Source of the DNA: a bacterium
GTDB taxonomy: Bacteria > Patescibacteriota > Microgenomatia > Levybacterales > UBA12049
Reading direction: 5' to 3'
Length of the DNA stretch: 64,000 nt
NCBI GenBank assembly: GCA_021824155.1
Contig: JAKALN010000002.1
Span: 15,775-79,774, forward strand
Shown: one piece after another, positions 50,921-62,042 of the stretch
How the letters are laid out: each line of letters starts with the position of its first letter
Position numbering within the stretch: the stretch's first letter is position 1
Notes under the pieces: generated by a model
Databases searched by the model: none
The model's input: the letters and a program-made list of their open reading frames with translations, nothing else
What the model was told of the DNA's origin: nothing
Position numbers and translations under genes: made by a program

Positions 50921-53803
50921 ATGGATAAAATAATTATCAAGGGTGCAAGAGAGCACAATCTAAAAAATATCGATATAGAAATTCCCAAAAATAAGCTTGT
51001 TGTGTTTACAGGACTATCGGGAAGCGGGAAATCTTCATTGGCATTCGACACGATTTACGCCGAAGGACAAAGACGTTATGTTGAAAGCCTCTCTTCTTAT
51101 GCAAGGCAGTTCTTGGGTGTAATGAAAAAGCCCGATGTTGATTTAATAGAAGGGTTGTCTCCGGCGATTTCAATTGACCAGAAATCAACATCCCACAATC
51201 CAAGATCAACAGTGGGAACGGTAACAGAAATATATGATTATTTAAGGCTTTTATTTGCAAGAATAGGCCATCCTCATTGCCCTGTTTGCGGACGCGAAAT
51301 CTCGCATATGTCAAAAGAACAAATAACAAATTCGATAATGGAATTACCTCTAAGGCAAAACTCCCAAAAGTTGAAAGTATATATTTTATCCCCGATCGTA
51401 AAAGACAGGAAGGGAGAATATACGGAGTTGTTTTCCGATTTAAGAAAAAGAGGATATAAAAAGGTTAGGGTTGACGGAGAAATTTTTTCGTTAAACGAAG
51501 AATTTATCCTTATAAAAACAAACAGGCACACAATAGAAGCGGTAATCGACCAGGTAATTTTTGATAAAAAAACAGATAAAGGAAGAGTTTCCGCAGACGT
51601 TGAACAGGCGTTAAGGCTTGGCAACGGTGAGTTAATCCTATCCGTAATTAAAGACCCGGGTTTTGATATTCCCGAAAAACCGAAGAAAATGCATGACGAG
51701 TTATTCTCGGAAAAATTTGCATGCCCTATAGACGGAATTGCCTTACCGGAGATCGAACCGAGAATTTTTTCTTTTAATACCCCTCACGGCGCCTGTCCTG
51801 TTTGTAATGGCTTGGGGACAATTCTGACCGTAGATAGGGACTTAGTATTCAACGATAATCTGACTATAAATGAGGGGGGAATTCTTCCTTATTCGACAAC
51901 TTTTTCACACGATACCTGGTTTACAAGAACTTTTAGAACATTTGCAAGCGAAAACGGTATTCCTTTAACAACCCGCTTAGGACAAATTTCCGATTCGCAG
52001 AAGGAGCTGATTCTTAACGGTACAGGAGATAAAGAATACTACGTAGAGGGGGAAAACAGGTGGGGGAGAGAAACCGCAATACAGGAACCATTTAAGGGAA
52101 TTCTTTATGATTTAAAGCAGAAGTATCAATCTACGGAATCTATATTTATGAAGGCGCAAATCGAAAAGTTTATGAGATATGAAGTTTGCAGCGGTTGTAA
52201 CGGAGCAAGGCTAAAAAAAGAAGCATTATCAATAACGATAGACGGCAAATCTATAGTCGAGATTTCAGATATGCCAATATCGGCAGTTTTTAATTTTATA
52301 AAAAATATTGAATCGCAGTCTTCTTTACGGGAAAAGGAAATAGGACGAATAATAATAAAGGAAATAAAGCAAAGGTTATTGTTTTTAATCGATGTCGGAT
52401 TGGATTACCTTACGCTTTCACGGGGAGCGCAAACTCTTGCAGGAGGAGAGGCGCAAAGAATAAGGCTCGCATCTCAAATAGGGAGCGGGTTAACAGGGGT
52501 TTTATATGTTTTGGACGAACCTTCGATAGGATTACACCAAAGGGACAATAAAAAATTGATAGATACTCTTAAAAAGCTAAGGGACTTGGGAAACACCGTT
52601 TTGGTTGTAGAACACGACCAAGAAACAATGGAGGAATCGGACTATATAGTCGATTTTGGCCCGGGTGCGGGCGAAAAAGGAGGAAATATAATATCCCAGG
52701 GTTCTATAGACAAAATAAAAACCGACCCCAAATCTTTAACCGGAGAATATCTCTCCGGGAAGAAGAAAATAAAAATTTTAAATGCAACGGGGCAGAATAA
52801 CAGTAATAAATCCCTGACAATTATGGGCGCAACAGAGCATAACTTAAAAAATGTAACAATCTCATTTCCGCTAAATAAGTTTGTAGTTGTGACGGGAGTT
52901 TCCGGAAGCGGGAAATCAACATTGGTAAACGACATTCTTTATCACGCATTAATGCAGAAAAATAATCCTTTCCATAGGCAAAAACCCGGAAAATACAAGG
53001 ATATAAGCGGTTTTGAAAATATAAAAAACATATTTCTTATAGACCAGTCTCCTATAGGACGAACTCCAAGAAGTAATCCTGCAACCTATACGGGGGCATT
53101 TAATTACATAAGGGATATTTTTGCAAAAACTAAAGACGCGAAAATTAAAGGTTACGGACCGGGACGATTTTCATTTAATGTTAAAGGCGGAAGATGTGAG
53201 GCATGCCAGGGAGAAGGAAAAATAAAAATTGAAATGCAGTTTCTGCCCGACGTTTATGTTACATGCGAAGTATGTAACGGACTCCAGTACAATAGCGAGG
53301 CTTTAGAAATACTTCTTAACGGAAAAAACATCGCGGAAGTTTTGGCAATGAGCGTTTCAGAGGCTCTGGGTTTTTTCTCATTTGTACCGGGACTTTCGCA
53401 TAAACTGCAGACATTAAATGATGTCGGCCTGTCTTATATAAAACTTGGCCAGCCAGCTCCTACCCTATCCGGTGGGGAAGCCCAAAGGGTAAAACTGGCG
53501 GCAGAATTGTCTAAGCGGGGTTCAAACTCGTTATATCTCTTAGATGAACCGACAACAGGGTTACATTTTGCGGACCTTGAAAAATTATTAAGCGTTTTAA
53601 GGAAACTTGTTGATTTGGGGAATACCGTAATAGTAATAGAACATAATTTAGATGTTATTAAAAACGCTGACCATATAATTGATTTGGGCCCCGAAGGAGG
53701 GGAAAAAGGCGGCCAGATAGTGGCAACGGGTACACCATGGGAAATAGTTAAAACACCCGCTTCGTACACAGGACAATTCTTAAAAAAAGTTTTAGACCGC
53801 TAA
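50921..53803 (+). CDS. uvrA: Excinuclease ABC subunit A
   Basis: [23 protein letters not shown], two ABC modules, Zn fingers; start MDKIIIKG. Confidence 0.98.
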   Translation: MDKIIIKGAREHNLKNIDIEIPKNKLVVFTGLSGSGKSSLAFDTIYAEGQRRYVESLSSYARQFLGVMKKPDVDLIEGLSPAISIDQKSTSHNPRSTVGTVTEIYDYLRLLFARIGHPHCPVCGREISHMSKEQITNSIMELPLRQNSQKLKVYILSPIVKDRKGEYTELFSDLRKRGYKKVRVDGEIFSLNEEFILIKTNRHTIEAVIDQVIFDKKTDKGRVSADVEQALRLGNGELILSVIKDPGFDIPEKPKKMHDELFSEKFACPIDGIALPEIEPRIFSFNTPHGACPVCNGLGTILTVDRDLVFNDNLTINEGGILPYSTTFSHDTWFTRTFRTFASENGIPLTTRLGQISDSQKELILNGTGDKEYYVEGENRWGRETAIQEPFKGILYDLKQKYQSTESIFMKAQIEKFMRYEVCSGCNGARLKKEALSITIDGKSIVEISDMPISAVFNFIKNIESQSSLREKEIGRIIIKEIKQRLLFLIDVGLDYLTLSRGAQTLAGGEAQRIRLASQIGSGLTGVLYVLDEPSIGLHQRDNKKLIDTLKKLRDLGNTVLVVEHDQETMEESDYIVDFGPGAGEKGGNIISQGSIDKIKTDPKSLTGEYLSGKKKIKILNATGQNNSNKSLTIMGATEHNLKNVTISFPLNKFVVVTGVSGSGKSTLVNDILYHALMQKNNPFHRQKPGKYKDISGFENIKNIFLIDQSPIGRTPRSNPATYTGAFNYIRDIFAKTKDAKIKGYGPGRFSFNVKGGRCEACQGEGKIKIEMQFLPDVYVTCEVCNGLQYNSEALEILLNGKNIAEVLAMSVSEALGFFSFVPGLSHKLQTLNDVGLSYIKLGQPAPTLSGGEAQRVKLAAELSKRGSNSLYLLDEPTTGLHFADLEKLLSVLRKLVDLGNTVIVIEHNLDVIKNADHIIDLGPEGGEKGGQIVATGTPWEIVKTPASYTGQFLKKVLDR

Positions 53804-53841
53804 TCTATTTTTTAATAAACCGATATTGTATACTGGTTTAA

Positions 53842-55680
53842 ATGAAAAGATTTATATTCTTTTTATTATTTTTTTTATCATTAACATTATTTTTTACTAA
53901 AAGTGTATTTGCGTCTTCAAATTTTTCTACAGATTACAATGTAATTTATACGGTCGGTAAAAATTCCGTAACGCACGTAAATTTAAATATAATTGTAACA
54001 AACTTATCATCTCAATATTATACCCCCTCTTATGAAATCCAATCAGGGTTTAAAAACATTACTAATTTAAAAGCGTCGGACGAAAACGGAGAACTTTCCC
54101 CAAATATAACTGCCAACGATAAAGGGACCAGTATCCAAGTAAGTTTTAACCAAAGAGTTGTGGGAATTGGAAATAAGCACAATTTGAATATTTCTTTTGA
54201 CACGGATGAGGTTGCCGAAAACCTTAACCACGTTTGGGAAATAAATGTGCCAGGGCTTTCCGAAAAGAGCGACTTTTCCAGTTTTAATGCTACCGTGGTT
54301 TATCCAAGTGAACTAGGCAAACCCTCTTACATAAAACCTGCAGTTTATACCCAGAACTATTCCGGAAACCGGTTAACCTTTAATAAAGACCAGCTGGGAA
54401 CATCCGGAATTTCAATAACATTCGGGTCCTATCAGATTTATTCTTTTGATTTAATTTATCATTTGGAAAATACAAATTTATTTCCCGTAAAAACGGAGAT
54501 AGCACTTCCTCCGTCAACAAATTATCAGGATGTAATAATAGACAGTATCGGGCCTAAGCCTACAAATGTAATTACAGATGCAGACGGTAATTGGCTTGCG
54601 CAGTATTTTCTTTCCCCATCACAGAGGATAAATGTTGAGGTAAAAGGAAAAGCAAAAATATACCTTGTTCCAAAAACAGAGCCTTTATCAAGCTCGGAAA
54701 TCTCCAACTATATAAAACCTCAACCTTATTGGGAAAGCAATAACTCTAAGATAAAATCACTTGCAAAGGAGCTGAAAACTCCCGATGCAATATATAATTA
54801 TGTTGTAACACATTTAAATTATGATTTTTCGCGGGTTTCTACAAATGAACCAAGATTAGGAGCTGTAGGGGTCTTGAACTCGCCGGGTTCTGCTGTATGT
54901 CTTGAATTTACAGACCTTTTTATCGCCATTTCCAGGGCGGCAGGAATACCTGCAAGAGAGATAGACGGCTTTGCATACACTAAGAATACGCAGCAGAGGC
55001 CGCTTTCGCTGGTTTCGGATATTTTGCACGCGTGGCCCCAATATTATGATTTTGGAAAAAAGGAATGGATATCGGTTGATCCGACTTGGGGAAATACAAC
55101 AGGAGGAGTGGACTATTTCAACGTTTTGGACTTTGACCATTTTGCATTTGTTGTTAAAGGGTTAAACAGCAGCTATCCGGTACCTGCGGGAGGGTATAAG
55201 TTTTCCCGGGATAAAAATTCAAAAGATGTAAATGTTGATATAGGTGATAGTTTTTCCCCGACAATTAGCACAGCCCCCGATATAACAATACAAAATCCTG
55301 TTTTTGCGGGGTTTCCCGCAGACGTTTTAATTAACATAAAAAATACAGGTAATTCCCCTGCGGCTTCTAATAGTTTTCTGGTTACGACAGGTTTTTTAAA
55401 GCCATCCTCACAGACGGTATATTTCCAAAAAATTCCCCCTTTCGGTTTTGTGTCAATTCCAATAAGGTTTGAGCCAACTCCATTTTTGACAAATCAAACC
55501 GACATGGTTAAAATTACACTTGGAAATACAACGTACTCACAAAATATTAGGATTTTGCCCATATTTCTATACAAAGGGTTACTTGTGTTTGGAGGTGCTA
55601 TCTTAGTTGTTATCTGCATTATCTTATCAATCATTATCTACAGGTCCAGGCGTATATCTTTTCCTCAACCGGGAAAGTGA
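53842..55680 (+). CDS. Exported transglutaminase-like protein with C-terminal TM anchor
   Basis: Signal peptide; AVCLEF (Cys), HAW (His), VDPTW (Asp) triad. Confidence 0.85.
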   Translation: MKRFIFFLLFFLSLTLFFTKSVFASSNFSTDYNVIYTVGKNSVTHVNLNIIVTNLSSQYYTPSYEIQSGFKNITNLKASDENGELSPNITANDKGTSIQVSFNQRVVGIGNKHNLNISFDTDEVAENLNHVWEINVPGLSEKSDFSSFNATVVYPSELGKPSYIKPAVYTQNYSGNRLTFNKDQLGTSGISITFGSYQIYSFDLIYHLENTNLFPVKTEIALPPSTNYQDVIIDSIGPKPTNVITDADGNWLAQYFLSPSQRINVEVKGKAKIYLVPKTEPLSSSEISNYIKPQPYWESNNSKIKSLAKELKTPDAIYNYVVTHLNYDFSRVSTNEPRLGAVGVLNSPGSAVCLEFTDLFIAISRAAGIPAREIDGFAYTKNTQQRPLSLVSDILHAWPQYYDFGKKEWISVDPTWGNTTGGVDYFNVLDFDHFAFVVKGLNSSYPVPAGGYKFSRDKNSKDVNVDIGDSFSPTISTAPDITIQNPVFAGFPADVLINIKNTGNSPAASNSFLVTTGFLKPSSQTVYFQKIPPFGFVSIPIRFEPTPFLTNQTDMVKITLGNTTYSQNIRILPIFLYKGLLVFGGAILVVICIILSIIIYRSRRISFPQPGK

Positions 55681-56878
55681 AGTTATATATGTCGGGAAGG
55701 CAATAAACCTCAGAAAAAGGGTTTCTTCTTATTTTGCAAACAGGAAAAACCTGGGTGAAAAAACAAAAAATCTTGTCTCGCAGGTTGTAAGCATAAAAAC
55801 CATAAAGGTAGAATCGGAAATCGAATCCCTACTTTTAGAAGCTAATTTAATAAAAAGATACAACCCTAAATACAATATAAAGCTAACCGACGGAAAAGCT
55901 TACCCTCTAATTAGGATTACTATAAAAGACAAATATCCTAAAATTCTCGTGGCCAGGCGCTCTGACGATGGCAATTCCCTGTATTTTGGCCCTTTCCCGA
56001 ATGCAGGAGCAATGAGGCTTGTTTTAAAAACCATAAGAAGAATATTCCCATTTCAATCTGTTTTAAACCATCCAAATAAGCCTTGTTTTTATTACCATAT
56101 AGGGCTTTGTCCCTGTCCTTCGGTTTTCAATGATAAAAATTATAAAAAATCAATAAAACATATTGTTAAATTTTTAGAAGGTAAAACAAAAAATGTAATC
56201 GGCGATTTAGAAACAGAAAGGGACAGTTACAGTAAAAATCAGGAATTTGAAGAAGCCGGGGAAGCCCAAAAAAAGATAGAGGCTATAAAACTCATTACAA
56301 GTAAATTTTATAAGCCGGTTGAATATGAATCAAATCCTAATCTAAGAGAAGACATTAGAAGCGAAGAACTGGCCGGACTTAAAAAGGAATTGAATAACAG
56401 CGGTGTTAATGTTTCACAGCTTTCAAGAATCGAATGCTACGATATATCAAATACTTCAGGGAAAAATGCGACTGCATCTATGATAGTTTTTAAAAACGGA
56501 GAGAAGGATTCTTCCTCTTACAGAAGGTTTAAAATACGGGGGATATACAACGGAAAGCCAAATGATTTTGCAATGATGGAAGAGGTTATCAAACGAAGGT
56601 TAAAACATTACGAATGGCAAACACCGGACTTAATTGTTGTGGACGGGGGAAAGGGACAGATTTCCTCGGCGCTGAAAGCACTAACCGGTGCCGGAAGAAA
56701 TATACCTTTGGTAGGGCTTGCTAAAAAAGAGGAAATAATAATTACCCCGGATTTTAAGGAAATAAAACTTCCCAGTGACTCAAAACAGCTTCATTTAGTT
56801 ATGAGGATAAGAGATGAGGCACATAGATTTGCTATAACTTACCATAAAAAACTAAGATCGAAGTCTGTTTATATTTGA
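55607..56878 (+). CDS. uvrC: Excinuclease ABC subunit C (short, no C-terminal HhH)
   Basis: GIY-YIG PGVYLF..IYVGKA, RIECYDISN, VDGGKGQ, RDEAHRFA. Confidence 0.93.
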   Translation: MLSALSYQSLSTGPGVYLFLNRESEVIYVGKAINLRKRVSSYFANRKNLGEKTKNLVSQVVSIKTIKVESEIESLLLEANLIKRYNPKYNIKLTDGKAYPLIRITIKDKYPKILVARRSDDGNSLYFGPFPNAGAMRLVLKTIRRIFPFQSVLNHPNKPCFYYHIGLCPCPSVFNDKNYKKSIKHIVKFLEGKTKNVIGDLETERDSYSKNQEFEEAGEAQKKIEAIKLITSKFYKPVEYESNPNLREDIRSEELAGLKKELNNSGVNVSQLSRIECYDISNTSGKNATASMIVFKNGEKDSSSYRRFKIRGIYNGKPNDFAMMEEVIKRRLKHYEWQTPDLIVVDGGKGQISSALKALTGAGRNIPLVGLAKKEEIIITPDFKEIKLPSDSKQLHLVMRIRDEAHRFAITYHKKLRSKSVYI

Positions 56879-58236
56879 GCTGAATTCCTTTTTACCGTAT
56901 AAGAGTAGGGAAAATATAGAAAAGTTGCAGGAGCGTCATCTAAAAGGTATTTCTGAAAATCACTGTAAATTTGTATTCTGGACTGTAAATCTTCTGTTTG
57001 CCTTCCGTCTTCCAGAAGTTTGTCAATCCTTAAATTTTTGTAATTTGTGATGTTATTCATTTGTCCCGAATGCCAAAGGGTATATTGGTCGGGGTCTTTG
57101 GGAAGTCTGAATTCGCCAAGGAAAGCCTGAAAATTTGACGGCAAAGAATTTACAACTACGATTTTCGTATTTACTCCAATGTGCTTCCACGATTTAGATA
57201 ATTCATTGGCAACTCCCTGATATTGCGGGAGGGTTTGCAGTGTTATATTTATTTCCGCGCTTTGCGATGCTGTTTGGGACTGGGAAAGCAGTAATTTTGC
57301 GTGCGCGTAATCTTTTTGGTTGCTTGAAACCTGATACGACCACATATTCGGAGAAAACGGCCCATAATTTCTTTTTCCCTCTATAAAATTGTCGGGCGTT
57401 GCATAAGTAAGCGCTTCCCTTAGTCTTTTGTCGGATAAAACTTTATCCTGAGTGTTATAGAATAAAGTTACCAAATGCTGGTAGTCAATTGACTTTTCCG
57501 TTACGGCGTTTACAAAAGAATTAAACGTTGTGTTTTCAAAGTTTGCGTCATTTAAACCTAATACTTTGTCAACTTCCCCCAGTGCAAAAGCATTTTTTAA
57601 TGCATCTTGCGTAGGATAAAACTGGTAGGTAAGCGTGCTGTTTTTTATTTTAGTTGAGGCTAGTGTTATGGAATTTAAGAAGTCACCGTTTAAATCGAGC
57701 GACTCAACTTTATAGTCTCCAACACCTATCATTCCGTCTTTAAATATAGGTTCGGAAACAGTCACTAAAAAAGGCGAATAGGTCTCTTTTAACTTAAATA
57801 TTATTGTATATTTATCCGGCCTTTGTACGCTTACGTCTATAAAGTTATATCGGATTGAATCGGACGTAAGGTTATTTCCGTCCGTAAAATAAATATTATG
57901 CTTAAGGTTAAATATATAGGTTTTGCCATTGTCTTTAATACTCCAGCTTTTTGCTACGTCCGGTATAGGTTCGCTGTTTGAAGAAATTTGAGTCAAACCA
58001 TGCGAAAGGTTATCGATTACTTCCGGCGGGAGATTATCGGTAGTATAATCTCCGACGATTCCGATTACTTCATGTTGGTTAAAAGGAAGTCCGGGAACTA
58101 TTACGCCCCAACCGAAATATATTGCAAAAAATACCAGGAGGCCAAAAATAAATGAAGCAAAAATAGTTTTTCTCCATTTTTTGAAATAAGCCTTAATGAG
58201 CCAGAATATTAGTCTTCTTCTCCTTAGTAAAATCAT
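56869..58236 (-). CDS. ABC substrate-binding protein family 5 (OppA-like), TM-anchored
   Basis: PDVAKSW, GKTYIFNL, D.Y.LWHS, IDKLLEDGR, Y.DFQ..L.DD.P. Confidence 0.8.
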   Translation of the reverse strand: MILLRRRRLIFWLIKAYFKKWRKTIFASFIFGLLVFFAIYFGWGVIVPGLPFNQHEVIGIVGDYTTDNLPPEVIDNLSHGLTQISSNSEPIPDVAKSWSIKDNGKTYIFNLKHNIYFTDGNNLTSDSIRYNFIDVSVQRPDKYTIIFKLKETYSPFLVTVSEPIFKDGMIGVGDYKVESLDLNGDFLNSITLASTKIKNSTLTYQFYPTQDALKNAFALGEVDKVLGLNDANFENTTFNSFVNAVTEKSIDYQHLVTLFYNTQDKVLSDKRLREALTYATPDNFIEGKRNYGPFSPNMWSYQVSSNQKDYAHAKLLLSQSQTASQSAEINITLQTLPQYQGVANELSKSWKHIGVNTKIVVVNSLPSNFQAFLGEFRLPKDPDQYTLWHSGQMNNITNYKNLRIDKLLEDGRQTEDLQSRIQIYSDFQKYLLDDAPATFLYFPYSYTVKRNSAQI

Positions 58237-58242
58237 ATTTTG

Positions 58243-58455
58243 CTAGTGGATTACCAGAAGTACGATTGATAAAAGGCCGAAAAGAATTGCCAAGCCGATT
58301 GTGGCCCAAACCAACATTTTTTCCACGCTTCTTTTGCTTCTATAAAATTCTCCGCTTCCGCCAAACGCTCCAGATATTCCGCTGCCCTGCATTTGTAAAA
58401 GAATAACCGCTATTAATAAAGCACCCACGATAATTTCGAGTATCTTAAAAATCAT
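58243..58455 (-). CDS. secG: Preprotein translocase subunit SecG
   Basis: ILLQ..GSG.SGAFGG...Y...R.VEK; two TMs. Confidence 0.9.
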   Translation of the reverse strand: MIFKILEIIVGALLIAVILLQMQGSGISGAFGGSGEFYRSKRSVEKMLVWATIGLAILFGLLSIVLLVIH

Positions 58456-58464
58456 TAGTACTAA

Positions 58465-59439
58465 TTATATATTTTCCATGATGGCTTTTGCAAGCTTATC
58501 AGAGTCGTGATAAATTGGGAAATCTTTGTTTATAACATCTTTTAATATTATTTTAGGGTTATGTTGTTTGTTTATGGCCAATGTCCCGATTTCAATATAT
58601 TTATATCTTTTATATTTACGGGGTATTTTAATTGACGTATTGCTATTTTTAATTATTGTGTCAAAGGGAAAAACATCAAGATGCTCTCTCATTGCGGATA
58701 AAAAATCTTCCAGTGAGAAATCTTTCGTTTCAAACGGTTTGTTAGCAATATTAAGTATAAATATTTTTCTGCATTGTCTCTCCAGCAAAGCTTTTCTTAT
58801 CCGGGGAATAATTAGTACCGGGAGCTGATTTGTATAAAAATCCCCGGGACCGCTAATAATTACATCTGCATGAAGAAGGTTATCAATTACTTTTTGGTTA
58901 ACTTTCGGATTTTTCGGAGTTATGTATATTTTTCTTAATCCATAGGGCTCGGCATATCTTACTAAATCGAGCGCAGTTTCCCCGTGTACACGCCTGCCGT
59001 CTTTAGTGACCGCGCTTAAATGAACCCTATCGTCTGATGCAGGGAAAATATCGGCTTTAACTCCAAACATCCTTTTTGTCACCTCAAGGGCCTTGTAAAT
59101 ATCCTTGGTCCTAAGAAATTCCGCGAGCATGATGATATTACCAAGTTTATGGCCGTCTATTGCTTTGTTTTCGCGGCTTAAACCGGGAAACCTATAGGTA
59201 AGAAGTGATGCCAAGTCTTCGTTTTGGACAAGAGCCGCAATGCAGGAAATTAAATCTCCCGGAGGCATTATGTTATATGCTTTCCGGAGTCTCCCGGACG
59301 AACCTCCGTCATCGGCCATTGAAGTTACCACCGTTATATTTGAAGTATATTTTTTCAGGCCGTGGATAAGTACACTTGTTCCGATTCCTCCTCCAAGACA
59401 AACTATCTTAAGGTCTCTTTTTATTTTTTCATTAGCCAT
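58465..59439 (-). CDS. YvcK/UPF0052 (gluconeogenesis factor-like) protein
   Basis: GGGIG, DDGGSSGRLR, PPGD, GH.LGN, GPG, HD..KLA. Confidence 0.88.
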   Translation of the reverse strand: MANEKIKRDLKIVCLGGGIGTSVLIHGLKKYTSNITVVTSMADDGGSSGRLRKAYNIMPPGDLISCIAALVQNEDLASLLTYRFPGLSRENKAIDGHKLGNIIMLAEFLRTKDIYKALEVTKRMFGVKADIFPASDDRVHLSAVTKDGRRVHGETALDLVRYAEPYGLRKIYITPKNPKVNQKVIDNLLHADVIISGPGDFYTNQLPVLIIPRIRKALLERQCRKIFILNIANKPFETKDFSLEDFLSAMREHLDVFPFDTIIKNSNTSIKIPRKYKRYKYIEIGTLAINKQHNPKIILKDVINKDFPIYHDSDKLAKAIMENI

Positions 59440-59825
59440 GATATGAAAGTAACTATTACGGATTGGAGCAGGGCAATCAGGATAAATGCAAACAATGTAT
59501 TAAAGAATATTTTAGGTATTATAAATCCCGCAAAAGAATATCCGTTAAACAGGAATGCGGATATTGAAATACCGGGAACAAATACGGTAAGAAGATAAAA
59601 AATAATTGCATTGGTTAAAAATGAAAAAAGCCCCATTGTTACAAGGTTAAGCGGCAAAGATATTATGTTTAAGATGGGTTTCACAAGCATAAAAAGAAGG
59701 GAAAGCGCAATTCCTCCGGCGATAACTGTAATAAGCCCCCCGGAAATTTTTAGGGCCGGAACGTACTGTGCAAGAAGAAAAATAGATAAGGAATTTACAA
59801 AAATACTCCTTATAAAAGACTTCAT
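59421..59825 (-). CDS. YvlD-like 4-TM membrane protein (phage holin 4_2 family)
   Basis: VKPIL..ISLPLNLVTMGLF..L.NA motif. Confidence 0.8.
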   Translation of the reverse strand: MKSFIRSIFVNSLSIFLLAQYVPALKISGGLITVIAGGIALSLLFMLVKPILNIISLPLNLVTMGLFSFLTNAIIFYLLTVFVPGISISAFLFNGYSFAGFIIPKIFFNTLFAFILIALLQSVIVTFISWLMKK

Positions 59826-59897
59826 ATTTGTATATAAATGCTATCAGATATAGATTTGTCTTGCAATATATTCTCCTCAGAGGTATATTATTGGAAT

Positions 59898-60980
59898 ATG
59901 AACGACATCACATGCCCATTTTGCAAAAAAAAATTCGAGCTTTCGGATGCACTAAGACATCAGATTGAAGAAGCAGTTTCAAAAAAACAACAGGAAGAAT
60001 ACGAAGAAAAACTTGAAAAAATTAAAATTGATGTTGCAAGGTCAACGGAGAGAAAAATAAAAGACGAGTCATTGAAAGAACTGGAAAAAGCTAATAAAGA
60101 AAAACAGTTACTCGAAGAAAAACTTCTAAAAGAGCAAAAAGATAGGGATGAGTTCGAGAAATTAACAGCGGAAAAAGCCGCAAGAGAATCAGCAAAAGCA
60201 TCCAGATTGGAAAAACTGGAATACGAGAAGAAAATAAGCGATATGCAAAAATCCCTTGAAGAAGCGCAGAGAAAAGCAAAGCAGGGCTCCCAGCAGCTAC
60301 AGGGGGAAGTACTGGAGCTCGATTTGGAAAATAAACTGAAAATCGCTTTTCCTACGGATGAGTTTGTTCCCGTTCCAAAAGGCGTCGAGGGAGGAGATAT
60401 TTGGCAAAAGGTTAAATTCCAGGGAAGCATAGTAGGATCAATACTTTGGGAAACAAAAAGGACTAAGCAATGGAGTAATTTGTGGCTTAATAAGCTAAAA
60501 GACGATGCGGCGCGAATTAGCGCCAGCGAGTCAATAATTGTTTCGCAAATTTTACCCCAAGACTCACAAAGTTTTGACAGAAAAGACGGCGTATGGATTA
60601 CAACTTACGAGCACGCGACAAATATTGCAAGGTATATCCGGTTTTTAATCACCTCTTTATCAAAAGTTAAATCTTCGGCATCGCAAACGGATGAAGAGTG
60701 GACAAAGGTTAGGGATTATATGTTAAGCGATGCTTTTAAGCATAGAATGCAGGCCCATTTCGACGCGGTAAAAGTGCTTAGAGATGTTTTGGAAACGGAA
60801 AAAAGGACTTCAACTTTAAGGTGGAAAAGGCAGCAGGCGCAAATTGATAAACTTGATTCAAATACTTTAAATTTATATGCGGAACTTAAAGAGATAGTGT
60901 CGAAGCTCCCCGAGCTTGAGGAATTAGAAGTTCCGCTCCTTGAAGAAGGTGACAAAGATGACCAAGAGTCCCTCTTATAA
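59898..60980 (+). CDS. DUF2130 domain protein (coiled coil plus PD-(D/E)xK-like domain)
   Basis: ITCPFC, GSQQLQGEVLE, FP.D...VPKG..GGD, ILWETKRTK.W. Confidence 0.85.
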   Translation: MNDITCPFCKKKFELSDALRHQIEEAVSKKQQEEYEEKLEKIKIDVARSTERKIKDESLKELEKANKEKQLLEEKLLKEQKDRDEFEKLTAEKAARESAKASRLEKLEYEKKISDMQKSLEEAQRKAKQGSQQLQGEVLELDLENKLKIAFPTDEFVPVPKGVEGGDIWQKVKFQGSIVGSILWETKRTKQWSNLWLNKLKDDAARISASESIIVSQILPQDSQSFDRKDGVWITTYEHATNIARYIRFLITSLSKVKSSASQTDEEWTKVRDYMLSDAFKHRMQAHFDAVKVLRDVLETEKRTSTLRWKRQQAQIDKLDSNTLNLYAELKEIVSKLPELEELEVPLLEEGDKDDQESLL

Positions 60981-61545
60981 TTTAACCTTTGGTATGGACG
61001 AGGTGGGGAGGGGTTGTTTTGCCGGACCAATCGTCGCCGCCGCTGTTGCTTTTGAAAAAGATTACGTGTGGATTAAAAACATTAAAGACTCAAAACTTTT
61101 AACGCACAAAAAAAGAAAACAACTTTCCAGACTAATACTAAAAAATGCAATTTGCTTTATCGAATTAATTGATGTTGATATTATAAATAAATTAGGGATA
61201 GGAGAGGCTAACAGGCTTATTTTTGAAAAATTAGTTATTAAAATTAGCAAGAAATATGGAAATAAAAATGTTTATTTTCAAATAGACGGGAGTAAAAAGA
61301 AAATCAAAGGTAAAAACATCGATTTTATAGTGAGGGGGGATCAACGAGTTACTTCGATTTCCGCAGCGTCAATAATTGCTAAGGCTTACAGGGATGAGCT
61401 AATGGAAAGTTTGGAAAATCGGTATCCCGGATATAACTTTTCGAAAAATAAAGGCTACGGCACAAAATTTCATCAAAAAGCGATAAAAAAACTGGGGCTA
61501 TGCGAAATACACAGAAAATCCTTTAATCTAAACAAATTTCTTTAA
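60958..61545 (+). CDS. rnhB: Ribonuclease HII
   Basis: GMDEVGRGCFAGP, DSKLL, SISAASIIAK..RD, KGYGT..H. Confidence 0.95.
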   Translation: MTKSPSYNLTFGMDEVGRGCFAGPIVAAAVAFEKDYVWIKNIKDSKLLTHKKRKQLSRLILKNAICFIELIDVDIINKLGIGEANRLIFEKLVIKISKKYGNKNVYFQIDGSKKKIKGKNIDFIVRGDQRVTSISAASIIAKAYRDELMESLENRYPGYNFSKNKGYGTKFHQKAIKKLGLCEIHRKSFNLNKFL

Positions 61546-61784
61546 ATAGGTCCTCTGTATGGGTTCTCGTGTGTGAATTCTCCAGTTGCCTTTGGACACA
61601 CTGAGCTTTTGAAACGTATTATCGCCCTATTGTTTTCCTCTATTGCTTCTTCTCCTCTACCAACATCTGCTAACCCTACACGTCCAATTTCACATAATTG
61701 ACACGTAATAACAGTCATCACAAAATCAGGATTTTTATGTTGTTCTTGAGTAAATATTGCTTCGCAGTCTTTTCTTTCGGTCAT
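61542..61784 (-). CDS. Small Cys-containing hypothetical protein
   Basis: 80-aa ORF with CxxC plus two further Cys, directly after tRNA-Lys(CTT). Confidence 0.5.
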   Translation of the reverse strand: MTERKDCEAIFTQEQHKNPDFVMTVITCQLCEIGRVGLADVGRGEEAIEENNRAIIRFKSSVCPKATGEFTHENPYRGPI

Positions 61785-61792
61785 AATACTTG

Positions 61793-61865
61793 TGAGCCGC
61801 CAGGGAGTCGAACCCTGAACCTATTCCTTAAGAGGGAATTGCTCTGCCAGTTGAGCTAGCGGCCC
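61793..61865 (-). tRNA. tRNA-Lys(CTT)
   Basis: ATTCC-CTCTTAA-GGAAT anticodon arm, GGTTCGACTCC T arm. Confidence 0.95.
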
Positions 61866-61915
61866 TTTATATCAATTACGAAATTTAGTATACTATATCA
61901 GGCTCAATTCAACAA

Positions 61916-61988
61916 GCGCCTGTAGCTCAATGGATAGAGCACTTCGCTTCGGACGAAGGGGTTGGGGGTTCGACTCCCTTCAGGCGCG
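61916..61988 (+). tRNA. tRNA-Arg(TCG)
   Basis: GCGCCTG/CAGGCGC acceptor stem, CTTCG-CTTCGGA-CGAAG anticodon arm. Confidence 0.93.
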
Positions 61989-62042
61989 CACTCAGACCTT
62001 CCGAGTGTTGTGTTGCCTGCTATTAGGTTGTATAGTTTAATT

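Noticed and set aside
59421-59825. Prophage suggested by the holin-family gene or the phage-like metallopeptidase
   Set aside because: No structural, integrase or lysin genes; the YvlD-like gene next to yvcK and secG is a housekeeping context
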